Part shown: piece after piece, positions 22,366-34,350 of the stretch | Layout: each line of letters starts with the position of its first letter | Numbering within the stretch: the stretch's first letter is position 1 | Assembly: GCA_947626815.1 (NCBI GenBank) | Contig: CANQTN010000005.1 | Span: 13,868-77,867, forward strand | Length of the DNA: 64,000 nt | Direction: 5' to 3' | Source: an uncultured Clostridia bacterium | GTDB taxonomy: Bacteria > Bacillota > Clostridia > TANB77 > CAG-508 | The notes under the pieces: model-generated | Database searches by the model: none | The model's input: the letters and a program-made list of their open reading frames with translations, nothing else | What the model was told of the DNA's origin: nothing | Made by a program: the position numbers and the translations under genes

Positions 22366-23158
22366 TTTTTCTTTCTCCTATTTCTCCGTTCATATGTGCC
22401 ATAATTTTTTTTGTTGTTTCTTCACTAAATAATGGTCTATTATTCACTTTACTTGATTGATTTAACATTTGAGCTGAAATTTCTTCGCCTTGTTTTCTTA
22501 TCATTCGATCTACTTTAGGTTCATACTCATATACAACTTTTTGCATAAATTTAGGTAATGTATCAGATTCATTATACATTTTTACTAATCTTTTAAATGA
22601 TGTCATTGCCATTTCTTCATTCATTTCTATTTTTTGCATAAAATTTATAAAATCAATAAAAGTATTTAAATATCTATTATATTCATTTTTCAAATTCCTA
22701 TGTTCTAATAATACCATTGCTTCATCTGGTTTAAATCCTATTCTTTCTGGTCTATCTAACAACATTCCTCCAAATTGGTCTACTAGTTCTATAATATCAC
22801 TTTCTTTTTCTCTTGGATTACTGTTGCTATATCTATTTACTTCTTCGCAAACTTTACAAAATTTTTTTCCAAATCCTAATTCACTTAAATATTCTGAACC
22901 TTTTTTTGCATATTCTTGTATTTGTTCTATATTTTCATAACTATTTTGTCTTTTACAATTACATAATAAGCATACTGTATAAATAAAATTTTTATCTATT
23001 TCCATTTTAGCATAATTTAAAAATAATCTAGCTATTTCAGTTTTAAATACTACAGATTTATCAAAAAATATTTTTGTTTTTTTTGCTAGGTAGTAAGTTA
23101 TTTCCATCTTTATTCCTAGTTCTTCTTCATTTAATATATAATCTGCGAAGGTTTCCAT
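22358..23158 (-). CDS. conserved hypothetical protein, degenerate HD-domain-like
   Basis: Helical protein; ATG at 23158 follows GAGGAGG. Confidence 0.6.
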   Translation of the reverse strand: METFADYILNEEELGIKMEITYYLAKKTKIFFDKSVVFKTEIARLFLNYAKMEIDKNFIYTVCLLCNCKRQNSYENIEQIQEYAKKGSEYLSELGFGKKFCKVCEEVNRYSNSNPREKESDIIELVDQFGGMLLDRPERIGFKPDEAMVLLEHRNLKNEYNRYLNTFIDFINFMQKIEMNEEMAMTSFKRLVKMYNESDTLPKFMQKVVYEYEPKVDRMIRKQGEEISAQMLNQSSKVNNRPLFSEETTKKIMAHMNGEIGERKNV

Positions 23159-23346
23159 TATTTTCCTCCTCTTATGTATTCTGGCATTTTCTACATCTAT
23201 TTCTATTATAATAGATTTCGGAAAATTTTTCAATATTTTTTTTATATGTTACATAATTGTAATATTTTCACTATATATTTCTGGATACTAATACATATTA
23301 TTTACTAATTTTTAGTTTCATTTTTTATATTCTAGGAAAGTCAATG

Positions 23347-23784
23347 TTAATTCAATTTTTTTATTGCATTTCTAGCTAATTCATCACATCTATTATTATA
23401 TTCATTATCACTATGGCCTTTTACTTTATTAAATTTTACTTTGTGAATTTTAGTTAAATCATATAATTCTTTCCATAATTCTTGATTTTTAACTGGATCT
23501 TTTCCTGAAGTTTTCCAATTGTTTTTCATCCAATTATAAATCCATCCTTTTTCAAAGCAATTAACAACATAGCTACTGTCACTATATATTTCTACTTCAC
23601 ATGGATATTTTAACAATTTCAATCCTTGTATTACTGCTGTAATTTCCATTACATTATTTGTTGTATCTTTTTTCCCTCCAGATATTTCTTTTTTATTTCC
23701 TTTATACATTAATACTGCTCCCCATCCTCCTGGACCTGGATTTCCCGAACAAGCTCCATCTGTATAAATAATAACTTTATCCAT
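23347..23784 (-). CDS. rnhA: ribonuclease HI
   Basis: [45 protein letters not shown]. Confidence 0.96.
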   Translation of the reverse strand: MDKVIIYTDGACSGNPGPGGWGAVLMYKGNKKEISGGKKDTTNNVMEITAVIQGLKLLKYPCEVEIYSDSSYVVNCFEKGWIYNWMKNNWKTSGKDPVKNQELWKELYDLTKIHKVKFNKVKGHSDNEYNNRCDELARNAIKKLN

Positions 23785-23912
23785 ATTTAATCTCATTCCT
23801 TCCTAAGGCACAAAATTTATATTTTTACAAATTTTATCTTTTTTTGATTTTTTTAATTTTTTATGATAATATTATAGCATGAAAAACAAAATTAAATCAA
23901 GAAGGAGTTTTT

Positions 23913-25157
23913 ATGGGCAAAGTTTTAGGAATAATTGCAGAATATAACCCATTTCATAATGGGCATTTATATCATTTACAAGAATCGCTTAAAGTTACTG
24001 GTTCTAACTACACTGTTGCCATAATGAGTGGAAATTTTACACAACGTGGTAGTACTTCTCTTATTGACAAATGGTCTAAAGCAGAAATTGCACTACAATG
24101 CGGAATAGATTTAGTAATTGAACTTCCAGTATTGTATTCTATTTCTAGTGCTGAAAATTTTGCAGAAGGTGCTGTTAAAATTCTTGATTCCTTAAAAGTA
24201 GTTGATTATATTTCCTTTGGTGCTGAAACAGAAAATTTAGACATTTTAAACAAATTTGCAGAAGTATTATATAATGAACCTAAAGAATATAGAACTTTAT
24301 TATCTCATGAATTAAAAAAAGGATTATCTTTTCCAAAAGCAAGGGAAAATGCTTTAATGATGTATTTAAATGACATTAGGAAATACGTCAACATACTTTC
24401 TGAACCTAATAATATTTTAGCAATTGAATATTTAAAAGCTTTAAAAAAACTAAAAAGTAATATACAACCTATAAGTATAGTAAGACATGAAGCAGGATAT
24501 CACGATTTGAACTTTTCTGGAAACATTGCAAGCAGTACTGCTATTAGAAATATGGTAAAAAATAATGGTTTTAATGCTTTACGTAATTTAATGCCTTCAG
24601 CTAGTTATTCTACACTCATTCAAAACTTAAAGATTGGACACATTATTCCAGATATTTCTGTATTTGAGAAACAAATTATTTATGCCTTAAGAAAATTAAC
24701 CATTCAAGAAATTGCAAATCTACCAGATGTTTCTGAAGGACTAGAATCAGCTATAAAAAATACGGCTAATTCTTGTAATACTATTGTTGAATTTTTAAAT
24801 ATTATCAAATCCAAAAGATATACAACTACACGTCTTCAACGAATTTTATTATATGCATTACTTGATATTACTAAAAAAGATATAGCTCTATCTAAAAAAA
24901 TTCAACCATATATTCGAGTTTTAGGATTAAATAATAGAGGAAAATATTTAATTTCCGAAATTGCTAAAGCCAATCCAAAACTTGAAATTATTACTTCTGT
25001 AAAAAAATTTACTGATGAAAGTTCTAATAAAAGTTCTAGTAAAAATTTAATGACTATGCTAGACAAAGATATTTGGGCATCTAATGTTTATACTATTGGT
25101 TATGATGAAGATTCATGGAGTAACCTAGATTTTACAAAAAAAATTGTTACTTTATAA
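23913..25157 (+). CDS. tmcAL: tRNA(Met) cytidine acetate ligase / YlbM-family HIGH nucleotidyltransferase
   Basis: IIAEYNPFHNGH, MSGNFTQRG, PNNILAIEY, ASSTAIR, KSKRYT. Confidence 0.85.
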   Translation: MGKVLGIIAEYNPFHNGHLYHLQESLKVTGSNYTVAIMSGNFTQRGSTSLIDKWSKAEIALQCGIDLVIELPVLYSISSAENFAEGAVKILDSLKVVDYISFGAETENLDILNKFAEVLYNEPKEYRTLLSHELKKGLSFPKARENALMMYLNDIRKYVNILSEPNNILAIEYLKALKKLKSNIQPISIVRHEAGYHDLNFSGNIASSTAIRNMVKNNGFNALRNLMPSASYSTLIQNLKIGHIIPDISVFEKQIIYALRKLTIQEIANLPDVSEGLESAIKNTANSCNTIVEFLNIIKSKRYTTTRLQRILLYALLDITKKDIALSKKIQPYIRVLGLNNRGKYLISEIAKANPKLEIITSVKKFTDESSNKSSSKNLMTMLDKDIWASNVYTIGYDEDSWSNLDFTKKIVTL

Positions 25158-25166
25158 TTTCATAAC

Positions 25167-25195
25167 AAAAATACCTCATTAAATGAGGTATTTTT
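25167..25195. terminator. bidirectional intrinsic terminator
   Basis: AAAAATACCTCATT-A-AATGAGGTATTTTT between convergent genes. Confidence 0.8.
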
Positions 25196-25199
25196 ATTA

Positions 25200-25586
25200 T
25201 TATAATGACGTAGCAATCATAAGCAAAATTATTACTAATACAGGTAATATTAATACTGTTACTACCAATAATTTTGATATTAACTTATACTTCTTCCCAT
25301 AATCATCTGATTCTGTATTTTTTTCTTTTGCCATTACACTTTCATTATTACTATTCTCAATGTTTGATTTTTCAAAAGAAATTAATTCTAATGCTTTATC
25401 ATAGTCTTGCTTATTCACAAAAATTCTTTTTTCTTGCATTGATTTTCCCATATATAAATTCATATAAGCTCCACTTCCATCGTCTTTTCTTATATATGGT
25501 ATTCCATTTTCATCTAATATTACACATATTTGATTTACTAAATATTCATCTGTATCTGAAAATAATTGTACTTCTTCATCATCCAT
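25200..25586 (-). CDS. DUF2007-like protein with C-terminal TM helix
   Basis: ILDENGIPY..KDDGSG...IFV..DYDKA pattern; hydrophobic C-terminus. Confidence 0.65.
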   Translation of the reverse strand: MDDEEVQLFSDTDEYLVNQICVILDENGIPYIRKDDGSGAYMNLYMGKSMQEKRIFVNKQDYDKALELISFEKSNIENSNNESVMAKEKNTESDDYGKKYKLISKLLVVTVLILPVLVIILLMIATSL

Positions 25587-25670
25587 CTTTTACTACCATT
25601 CCTTTCTAAGGCACAAATTGGGTTGGAAAAGAATTAAATTTTGGCTAGGAAAACAAGTTTGATATATTTT

Positions 25671-25714
25671 TAAAGGAGCACTTTATCAATAAATCTTATT
25701 GCAGTGCTCCTTTT
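25671..25714 (-). terminator. intrinsic terminator downstream of the tRNA
   Basis: AAAGGAGCAC...GTGCTCCTTT stem with A/T tails. Confidence 0.7.
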
Positions 25715-25761
25715 ATTAATTAATTTTTATATCTACTTAATAACCTAAACAAATACTTTGT

Positions 25762-25838
25762 TGGTGCTCCCTCAAGGATTCGAACCTTGGACCCACCGGT
25801 TATGAGCCGGTTGCTCTGACCAACTGAGCTAAGGGAGC
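25762..25838 (-). tRNA. tRNA with CAT anticodon, most likely tRNA-Ile2 (lysidine type); CCA encoded
   Basis: GCTCCCT/AGGGAGC acceptor stem, TAGCTCAGTTGG D-arm, ACCGG-CTCATAA-CCGGT anticodon arm, GGTTCGAATCC T-arm; the CUCAUAA loop fits Ile2 better than elongator Met. Confidence 0.92.
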
Positions 25839-25865
25839 ATTTACTTTATTCCCAACACAAATAAA

Positions 25866-25894
25866 AGTATAACTCATTTTATATCAAAAGTCAA
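25866..25894 (-). promoter_or_regulatory. sigma-A promoter of the tRNA
   Basis: TTGACT-17 bp-TATACT on the minus strand. Confidence 0.75.
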
Positions 25895-25922
25895 TACTTT
25901 TATTATATTTTTTATCATAAAA

Positions 25923-26132
25923 TGTAACAGTTCACTTATTAATGGTACAAACGGTCAAAGATAATATATTATTTATTTGTAACTCCCAACTGCATACAGA
26001 TTGTACCTAAAATTTTATAATAAATTATAAAATTTTAGGTACAATCTGTACTTTGTCGGTCCCCCCGAATTGTTACTGCATAAATAATATATTATCATTG
26101 AGCATTTGTACCATGAACCAAGGAACTGTTAC
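25923..26132. repeat. family A palindromic element, copy 2 (opposite orientation to copy 1)
   Basis: GTAACAGTT...AACTGTTAC termini; core CTCCCAACTGCA...GGTCCCCCCGAATT. Confidence 0.9.
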
Positions 26133-26147
26133 CATTTTTGAAAAATA

Positions 26148-27077
26148 TCAATCAGCACTAATTACCTCTTCATAATTTGTTACCATTTTAGCACCTTGCT
26201 TTATTAATTCATTTGTACCCACCGAATTATTAGAATTTATATTACCTGGAACAGCATACACATCTTTTCCTTGCTCTAAAGCAAAATCTACTGTAATTAA
26301 AGTTCCACTTTTTTCTTTTGCTTCAATCACCAATATTCCATCACTAATTCCACTAATAATTCTATTTCTTTCAGGAAAATGTATTCTTTCTGGTTTAGCA
26401 CCTAAAGGATATTCTGACATAATACATCCTCCATTTTCTAAAATTTGCTGTGCTAATTTTTTATTTTCTTCTGGATATATAATATCTAATCCATTTCCTA
26501 AAATAGCAATTGTTTTCCCACATTTTTTTAAATTATTTATAGAATTAGCACTATTTTCTTCAATTTGTGCACAAATAACACCAATATGTGCATAACTATC
26601 TATCCCTCTTGCCAATCCACTTACTATATTAATATTTTGTTTTGCTATGTTGTAAGAAAAATACTTTGCTGCATTTTTTCCATAATTTGTTGCATCCCTA
26701 CATCCTACTATAGCAATTACTTTATCTTTCAAAATTTTGATATTTCCTTTACAATACAAACTAACTGGGAAATCATATATGTTCCTTAATGATTTAGGAT
26801 ATTCCTCATCCACAATTGATATAATATCAATATTATTTTTAAGCATATATTCTATATGTCTTTCCAGATTTTCTTTTATTTTTTCATTCAATATATTTTT
26901 TACACTTACATTACTTATTCCTTTTACTTGTAATAATTTATTTTCACTTAAGTTATAAATTTCTTCTGGAGATTTATATATTTTTAATAATTTTTGTTTC
27001 TCCATACAACTTAAATTAGGTATCATTGACAACCAAATCCAATATTTTTTCTTTTCTAATTTATTTTTTGTAACCAT
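26148..27077 (-). CDS. dprA: DNA processing protein DprA
   Basis: AIVGCR, VSGLARGID, FPERNRIISG, EAKEKSGTLIT, VPGNI. Confidence 0.95.
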   Translation of the reverse strand: MVTKNKLEKKKYWIWLSMIPNLSCMEKQKLLKIYKSPEEIYNLSENKLLQVKGISNVSVKNILNEKIKENLERHIEYMLKNNIDIISIVDEEYPKSLRNIYDFPVSLYCKGNIKILKDKVIAIVGCRDATNYGKNAAKYFSYNIAKQNINIVSGLARGIDSYAHIGVICAQIEENSANSINNLKKCGKTIAILGNGLDIIYPEENKKLAQQILENGGCIMSEYPLGAKPERIHFPERNRIISGISDGILVIEAKEKSGTLITVDFALEQGKDVYAVPGNINSNNSVGTNELIKQGAKMVTNYEEVISAD

Positions 27078-27205
27078 TTACCCTCCTATACAATATCCCA
27101 TAATATAAAAAAGACATTATTAATAATAATGCCCCTTTAATATTCGTATTTAATTTGGTACGTTGATTAAATTTCAAATGATGTTTGACAACGCCAAAAT
27201 TGTAA

Positions 27206-28069
27206 TTATTTTTCAACATTTTGTTCTTCTGTAGCCTTAATTACATTATTCATTAGCATAGCTATTGTCATTGGTCCTACTCCCCCTGGAACCGGTGTAA
27301 TATATCCTGCTACTTTTTCTACATTTTCAAAATCCACATCCCCTACTATTTTTCCTTCATCTGTTCTATTAATTCCAACATCAATTACAACAGCTCCTTC
27401 TTTTACCATATCTTTTGTTACAAATTTTGGTTTACCAATCGCAGAAATTATTACATCTGCTTTTTTCGTATATTCTTCAATATTTTTAGTCTTAGAATGA
27501 CATACTGTAACTGTTGCATCTTTAGCCAAGCAACATTGTATCAATGGCTTTCCTACTATATTACTTCTACCTAAAATAACAACACTTTTTCCTGTTAAAT
27601 CAATATTATATTCTTCAATCATTTTTACTACACCATATGGTGTACAAGAAATAAATGTATCTTCTCCCATAGTCAATTTTCCAATACTTGATGGTGTAAA
27701 ACCATCAACATCTTTTCTAAATGAAATTGTTTTAAATGCTAAGTTAATATCCAAGTTTCTTGGTATTGGACTTTGTAATAAAATTCCATTTACAGTTTTA
27801 TCTTCATTCAATCTTTTTATTAAATCCATTAATTGCTCTTGTGTCGTGTCTTCCTCTAAAAAATATTCTTGATATTCTATCCCTACTTCATCACATGCTT
27901 TGCTTTTATTTCTTACATATACTTTTGATGCAGAATTTTCTCCAACCATTATAACTGCTAATTTTGGATTTAATCCTCTTTTCTTTAATCCATCACATTT
28001 TTCTTTTAAATCTTTTCTTATTTTTTTTGCTAGTTCTTTTCCATCAATAATTTTAGCCATAACTTTCAT
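27206..28069 (-). CDS. folD: bifunctional methylenetetrahydrofolate dehydrogenase/cyclohydrolase
   Basis: YVRNK, KDVDGF, CTPYG, GRSNIVGKP, TPVPGGVGPMT. Confidence 0.96.
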   Translation of the reverse strand: MKVMAKIIDGKELAKKIRKDLKEKCDGLKKRGLNPKLAVIMVGENSASKVYVRNKSKACDEVGIEYQEYFLEEDTTQEQLMDLIKRLNEDKTVNGILLQSPIPRNLDINLAFKTISFRKDVDGFTPSSIGKLTMGEDTFISCTPYGVVKMIEEYNIDLTGKSVVILGRSNIVGKPLIQCCLAKDATVTVCHSKTKNIEEYTKKADVIISAIGKPKFVTKDMVKEGAVVIDVGINRTDEGKIVGDVDFENVEKVAGYITPVPGGVGPMTIAMLMNNVIKATEEQNVEK

Positions 28070-28105
28070 CCTTTCTGCTTAATACTATAATTACAACATT
28101 TAATA

Positions 28106-28351
28106 TTATATTTCATGCGTTCCTACTTTATATTCAATATCTTCCATATATGGAAACATTTCCTTTACTCTTTTTAATGTAAGCATCAACATTTTAGGCT
28201 GTGGATTTTTTTTACTATCTGAAAGTAATTTTTGTGTGTAGCAATTTTCCGCTGTTTTAAATAGTAAGTATCGATTGCCTACATAGGTATAATATATTTG
28301 ATATCCATTTTTTAAGTCTTCCCACATATTTTCAAATGTATAATTTTCCAT
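28106..28351 (-). CDS. conserved hypothetical protein (81 aa)
   Basis: ORF with RBS between ligA and folD. Confidence 0.65.
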   Translation of the reverse strand: MENYTFENMWEDLKNGYQIYYTYVGNRYLLFKTAENCYTQKLLSDSKKNPQPKMLMLTLKRVKEMFPYMEDIEYKVGTHEI

Positions 28352-28394
28352 ATTTCTACCTTTCTTTAATTTATTTTATTTTCAATTACATTTT

Positions 28395-30404
<2,010 letters not shown>

Positions 30405-30477
30405 TCAAATTTTATTTTCCTTATTATATACAATTTAACAAAAAAAATAAAGAATTTTTTAAAATTCTCCTAAATAA

Positions 30478-30522
30478 TTTGTTACTGCATAAATAATATA
30501 TTATCATTGACCAACTGTAACA
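30478..30522. repeat. family A element, half copy 3
   Basis: ATTTGTTACTGCATAAATAATATATTATCATTGACC then AACTGTAACA; right arm only. Confidence 0.8.
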
Positions 30523-30539
30523 ATAATTTAAATAATTAT

Positions 30540-30593
30540 AAGAGCCAAAGCATCTTAAAATTTTTATCTAATAAGATTGCTTTGGCTCTTTTT
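30540..30593 (-). terminator. long hairpin terminator downstream of the sortase gene
   Basis: AAGAGCCAAAGCA...TGCTTTGGCTCTT. Confidence 0.7.
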
Positions 30594-30603
30594 CTATCGT
30601 CTA

Positions 30604-31317
30604 CTATTCTACTCTTGCAAGTATAATTAATCTTTTTTGAACATTTTCTGTACATGTTGATAATGTTATTTCTGGTTTTCCTCCTGTATCCCTTTGATAG
30701 AATGATGTGTCTTCTGGTGCAGCTTCAAATTTCTTATAAACTTTATATGTTAGTCTATTTCCATCATTATCTGTAATATAAATTGCATCTCCCTGATTTA
30801 GTTTACTATTGTTAGAGAAAAATAATCCATTTCTATAGTTATGTCCTATTATAACACTATTTCCTGGCTGATTTAGTCCAGTTCCATAAAGAAATGCTAC
30901 TGCTACTTCAATTGATCTCTTTGTTACTTTTTCTAACACTGGATATTTTATACCTGTTGCTGGAATTTCAATTGTTCCTAAAACTCCAAAACCTTGATAT
31001 GTCTTCTTTTTAGGTGCTGTTGTGCCACTACCACTACCGCTGCTACCTTCACTATTATTATTATTGTTTGCATCTTGTATTCCTGCAAATGCACTTTCAT
31101 TACCATTGTTTTGAGATGTTTGACCAGAAGCTCCACCATCATTTTGTTCATCTGCTACAACTTCTCCTTGAAAGTTATCAACAAACTCCGAAGTATCTTT
31201 TGTAATTGCATATTTTTGATAATAGTCATATCCTAAGAAACCTAATAGACCTAAGATTGCAATAATTACGATAGCTAAAATTACAGTTAATACTTTACTA
31301 TATTTACTTTCAAACAT
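30604..31317 (-). CDS. sortase with N-terminal TM anchor and low-complexity linker
   Basis: IGHNY, TLSTC and RLII catalytic His-Cys-Arg. Confidence 0.9.
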   Translation of the reverse strand: MFESKYSKVLTVILAIVIIAILGLLGFLGYDYYQKYAITKDTSEFVDNFQGEVVADEQNDGGASGQTSQNNGNESAFAGIQDANNNNNSEGSSGSGSGTTAPKKKTYQGFGVLGTIEIPATGIKYPVLEKVTKRSIEVAVAFLYGTGLNQPGNSVIIGHNYRNGLFFSNNSKLNQGDAIYITDNDGNRLTYKVYKKFEAAPEDTSFYQRDTGGKPEITLSTCTENVQKRLIILARVE

Positions 31318-31395
31318 AACCTTTTACCTCCTCATCTACTATTTCTCTTATCTCTATAATAATTATATCACATTTTGTCCGAAAAGTACAGCTTT

Positions 31396-31740
31396 TCAAA
31401 CGATTTTTTCACCCAGCTTTTTACCTGCTAATACGTGAAAGTGTAAGTGTTTAACTGTTTGACCAGCATTTTCACCACAATTAGTAATAACTCTATATCC
31501 ATCTTGTTTAAATCCTTTTTCATCTGACAATTTATTAATCACTCCATATATCTTTCCTATTAATGTCTCATCTTCTTTTGTTATATGTGCTAAAGATATA
31601 ATATGCTTTTTAGGTACTACTAATATATGCACAGGTGCTTGTGGTGAAATATCATTAAATGCTAATATTTCATCATCTTCATATACTATTTGTGAAGGTA
31701 TTTCTCCTTTTACTATTTTGCAGAATAAACAATCTTCCAT
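31396..31740 (-). CDS. HIT family nucleotide-binding protein
   Basis: CLFCKI, QTVKHLHFHVL. Confidence 0.95.
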   Translation of the reverse strand: MEDCLFCKIVKGEIPSQIVYEDDEILAFNDISPQAPVHILVVPKKHIISLAHITKEDETLIGKIYGVINKLSDEKGFKQDGYRVITNCGENAGQTVKHLHFHVLAGKKLGEKIV

Positions 31741-31754
31741 TTTTTATTTCCTCC

Positions 31755-33506
31755 TTATTCTAAAATAGCTTTTATTCTTCTTATTCCTGATGAGCTAGAC
31801 TCTTCTTTTTTTATCTTAAATTTTCCTAATTCTTTTGTATTACTTACATGTGGTCCACCACATAATTCTTTTGAAATATTTCCTATAGTATATACTGTTA
31901 CTATATCTGGATATTTTTCTATAAACATACATTCTGCACCTGATTTAAGTGCGTCTTCTTTTCTCATTTCTTGCTTTGTTACTTCCAATCCTTCTTGTAT
32001 CCATTTATTTACTAAATCTTCTACTGCCTTTTTCTCATCATCTGTTAATTTATGATCACAGTTAAAGTCAAATCTCATTCTATCTACTGTAATATTTGAA
32101 CCTCTTTGGTGTGCATCTTTTCCTATCACCTGTTTTAATGCCACATTTAATAAATGTGTTGCTGTATGATATGCTATAGTTTTTTCATTTTGCTCTGCAA
32201 GACCACCTTTGAATTTTTGTTCTGAACCTTGTCTTGATTTTTCTTGATGTTTTTTAAATAATTCTTCAAATTCTTCTATATTAACTTCATATCCTGCTTC
32301 TTGTGCTAAATCTTTAGTTACTTCTGGAGGAAAACCATATGTATCATATAATTTAAATAAAACATTACCTGCAACTTTTGTTATTCCATTTTCCTGCATC
32401 TTTTTTATTTCTTTTTCAAATTCTTTTTCCCCATGTGCTAATGTTTTTACAAATTTATTTTTTTCTTCGATTATCACATTTTTTATAATTTCTTTGTTCT
32501 TTTCTAATTCTGGATACATTTCTTTCAAATTATTTATATTAATGTCAATTAGTGTTTCTAATTGTTCTAAATTAATCTGCAATTTATTTAAATGTCTTAT
32601 CATTCTTCTGATTAGCCTTCTTAAGACATATCCTCTATCTACATTACTTGGTCTACCACCATCTGATATTATCATCATACTAGAACGTAAATGCTCTGCT
32701 ACAATTCTTCTGCTTTCTATATAATCTTCTTTTTGTAATTCTTCTAATTTTTCCATAATTGGTCTAAATATTTCTGTATCATATGGAGTTTCCTTACCTT
32801 GTAATAACATTGCCATTCTCTCTAAGCCTAAACCTGTATCTACATTTCTTTTTGTCAATTTTGAATATCCACTTTTTTCTTTAAAATATTCCATAAATAC
32901 ATTGTTCCAAATTTCAACATATTTTCCACAATCACATGATGGTTGACAATTATCAGAACATGGTGGTTTTCCTGTATCATAAAACATTTCTGTATCTGGT
33001 CCACATGGTCCTTCCTCACCTGCTATCCACCAATTATCATCTTTTCCATAAAAGTATATTCTTTCTTCTGGTATTCCAACTTTTTTCCAAACATTTGCAG
33101 ATACTGTATCTTTTGGACAATCTTCATCTCCTGCAAAACATGTTACAGATAATTTTTCTACAGGAATCTCTAATTCTTTTGTTAAAAATTCAAAGCTCAT
33201 TGCTATTGATTCCTCTTTAAAATAATCTCCTAATGACCAATTTCCAAGCATTTCAAAATATGTTAAATGTCTATTATCTCCAACCTCATCTATATCATTT
33301 GTTCTAACACATTTTTGATAATCAGTAAGTCTTGTCCCTTCTGGGTGCTTTTCTCCTAATAAATATGGTACTAATGGTTGCATTCCTGCTGTTGTAAATA
33401 ATACTGATGGATCATTTTCTGGAATTAGTGGTGCTGATGGTATTATTGCATGTCCATTTTTTTTGAAAAAGTTTAGATATTTATTTCTTATTTCTATTGC
33501 TTTCAT
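31755..33506 (-). CDS. alaS: alanine--tRNA ligase, short form lacking the C-Ala domain
   Basis: LFTTAGMQP, QKCVRT, HLTYFEMLGNWS, DTGLGLER; editing HTATH and ELCGGPH; ends at GIRRIKAILE. Confidence 0.93.
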   Translation of the reverse strand: MKAIEIRNKYLNFFKKNGHAIIPSAPLIPENDPSVLFTTAGMQPLVPYLLGEKHPEGTRLTDYQKCVRTNDIDEVGDNRHLTYFEMLGNWSLGDYFKEESIAMSFEFLTKELEIPVEKLSVTCFAGDEDCPKDTVSANVWKKVGIPEERIYFYGKDDNWWIAGEEGPCGPDTEMFYDTGKPPCSDNCQPSCDCGKYVEIWNNVFMEYFKEKSGYSKLTKRNVDTGLGLERMAMLLQGKETPYDTEIFRPIMEKLEELQKEDYIESRRIVAEHLRSSMMIISDGGRPSNVDRGYVLRRLIRRMIRHLNKLQINLEQLETLIDININNLKEMYPELEKNKEIIKNVIIEEKNKFVKTLAHGEKEFEKEIKKMQENGITKVAGNVLFKLYDTYGFPPEVTKDLAQEAGYEVNIEEFEELFKKHQEKSRQGSEQKFKGGLAEQNEKTIAYHTATHLLNVALKQVIGKDAHQRGSNITVDRMRFDFNCDHKLTDDEKKAVEDLVNKWIQEGLEVTKQEMRKEDALKSGAECMFIEKYPDIVTVYTIGNISKELCGGPHVSNTKELGKFKIKKEESSSSGIRRIKAILE

Positions 33507-33674
33507 TTATTGTTATGTTAGTTTATAACTAACATTTCCTCCTCATATATTATATTTAGATTTTTAGGTTTTATCTATAAACCTTTTTATCCTTTTGATT
33601 ATACCTTAATTAAGCCAAAAAATCAAGAAAACTACATTGTTTTCTTAATTTTTGTAATTATAAAAGGACCGGCA

Positions 33675-34136
33675 TTACGCCAATCCCTTTCTCGTAAGCA
33701 AGTAACATTTGACAGTGGTGCAACCTGACGCCAGCCTGTTCAGCAATGCTATTCTATCCACTCTCTGAGGTAAGCCTCCAGGCATCTTATGAGACCATAT
33801 TCCGCCTTCGTCTTCCCGGAACATATGATAAAAACCTGTATGCACACTTTTTTCAATGAAAATTCTACGCTGTCCCGCTTTTAATCTCTCTTTCTCATCA
33901 GTTATTTCCTCAGCCTCATAGTCAAAAATACATTCCAGTTCTTCCATCAGTACTTCATCCAGTTCGCCATCAGATGTATCTGAAGTACATCTTCTCCCAA
34001 TGAAGTCTCCTATCAAGACAAGTTTGTTTACTCGTACATTCAGGGCATACGCATAACAACTAGCCTCTACACACCCCCGCCATCTCTCAGGCTCAAATCT
34101 TGGTGCTTCATAATAAAAATCATTTACCTGCTTCAT
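33675..34136 (-). CDS. hypothetical protein, GC-richer than its surroundings (probably foreign); CYAYAL and WSHK motifs suggest a papain-like fold
   Basis: SCYAYAL and YHMFREDEGGIWSHKMPG; visibly higher G+C; two in-frame CGG codons. Confidence 0.65.
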   Translation of the reverse strand: MKQVNDFYYEAPRFEPERWRGCVEASCYAYALNVRVNKLVLIGDFIGRRCTSDTSDGELDEVLMEELECIFDYEAEEITDEKERLKAGQRRIFIEKSVHTGFYHMFREDEGGIWSHKMPGGLPQRVDRIALLNRLASGCTTVKCYLLTRKGLA

Positions 34137-34227
34137 CTTGCTACCTCCTATAAGTTTATAATTCTATTTTATCAAATTTTTGCGAACAAGTCAATTATGT
34201 AAAACTATTTGTTCTTATTTTATAGAT

Positions 34228-34348
34228 ACAGTCTACTTGTCAATGATACAAATGGTAAAGGATAATATATTATTTATGCAGTTGGGAGTTACAAATAAAT
34301 AATATATTATCCTTTACCATTTGTATCATTGATAAGTAGACTGTAACA
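34228..34348. repeat. family A element, copy 4 (collapsed near-perfect palindrome)
   Basis: ACAGTCTACTTGTCAATGATACAAATGGTAAAGGATAATATATTATTTAT ... exact or near-exact inverse ending AGTAGACTGT. Confidence 0.9.
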
Positions 34349-34350
34349 TT

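Noticed and set aside
25762-25838. This tRNA as the putative CGGN-decoding tRNA
   Set aside because: It has a normal 7-nt loop with a CAT anticodon; the CCGG sequences are in the anticodon stem.
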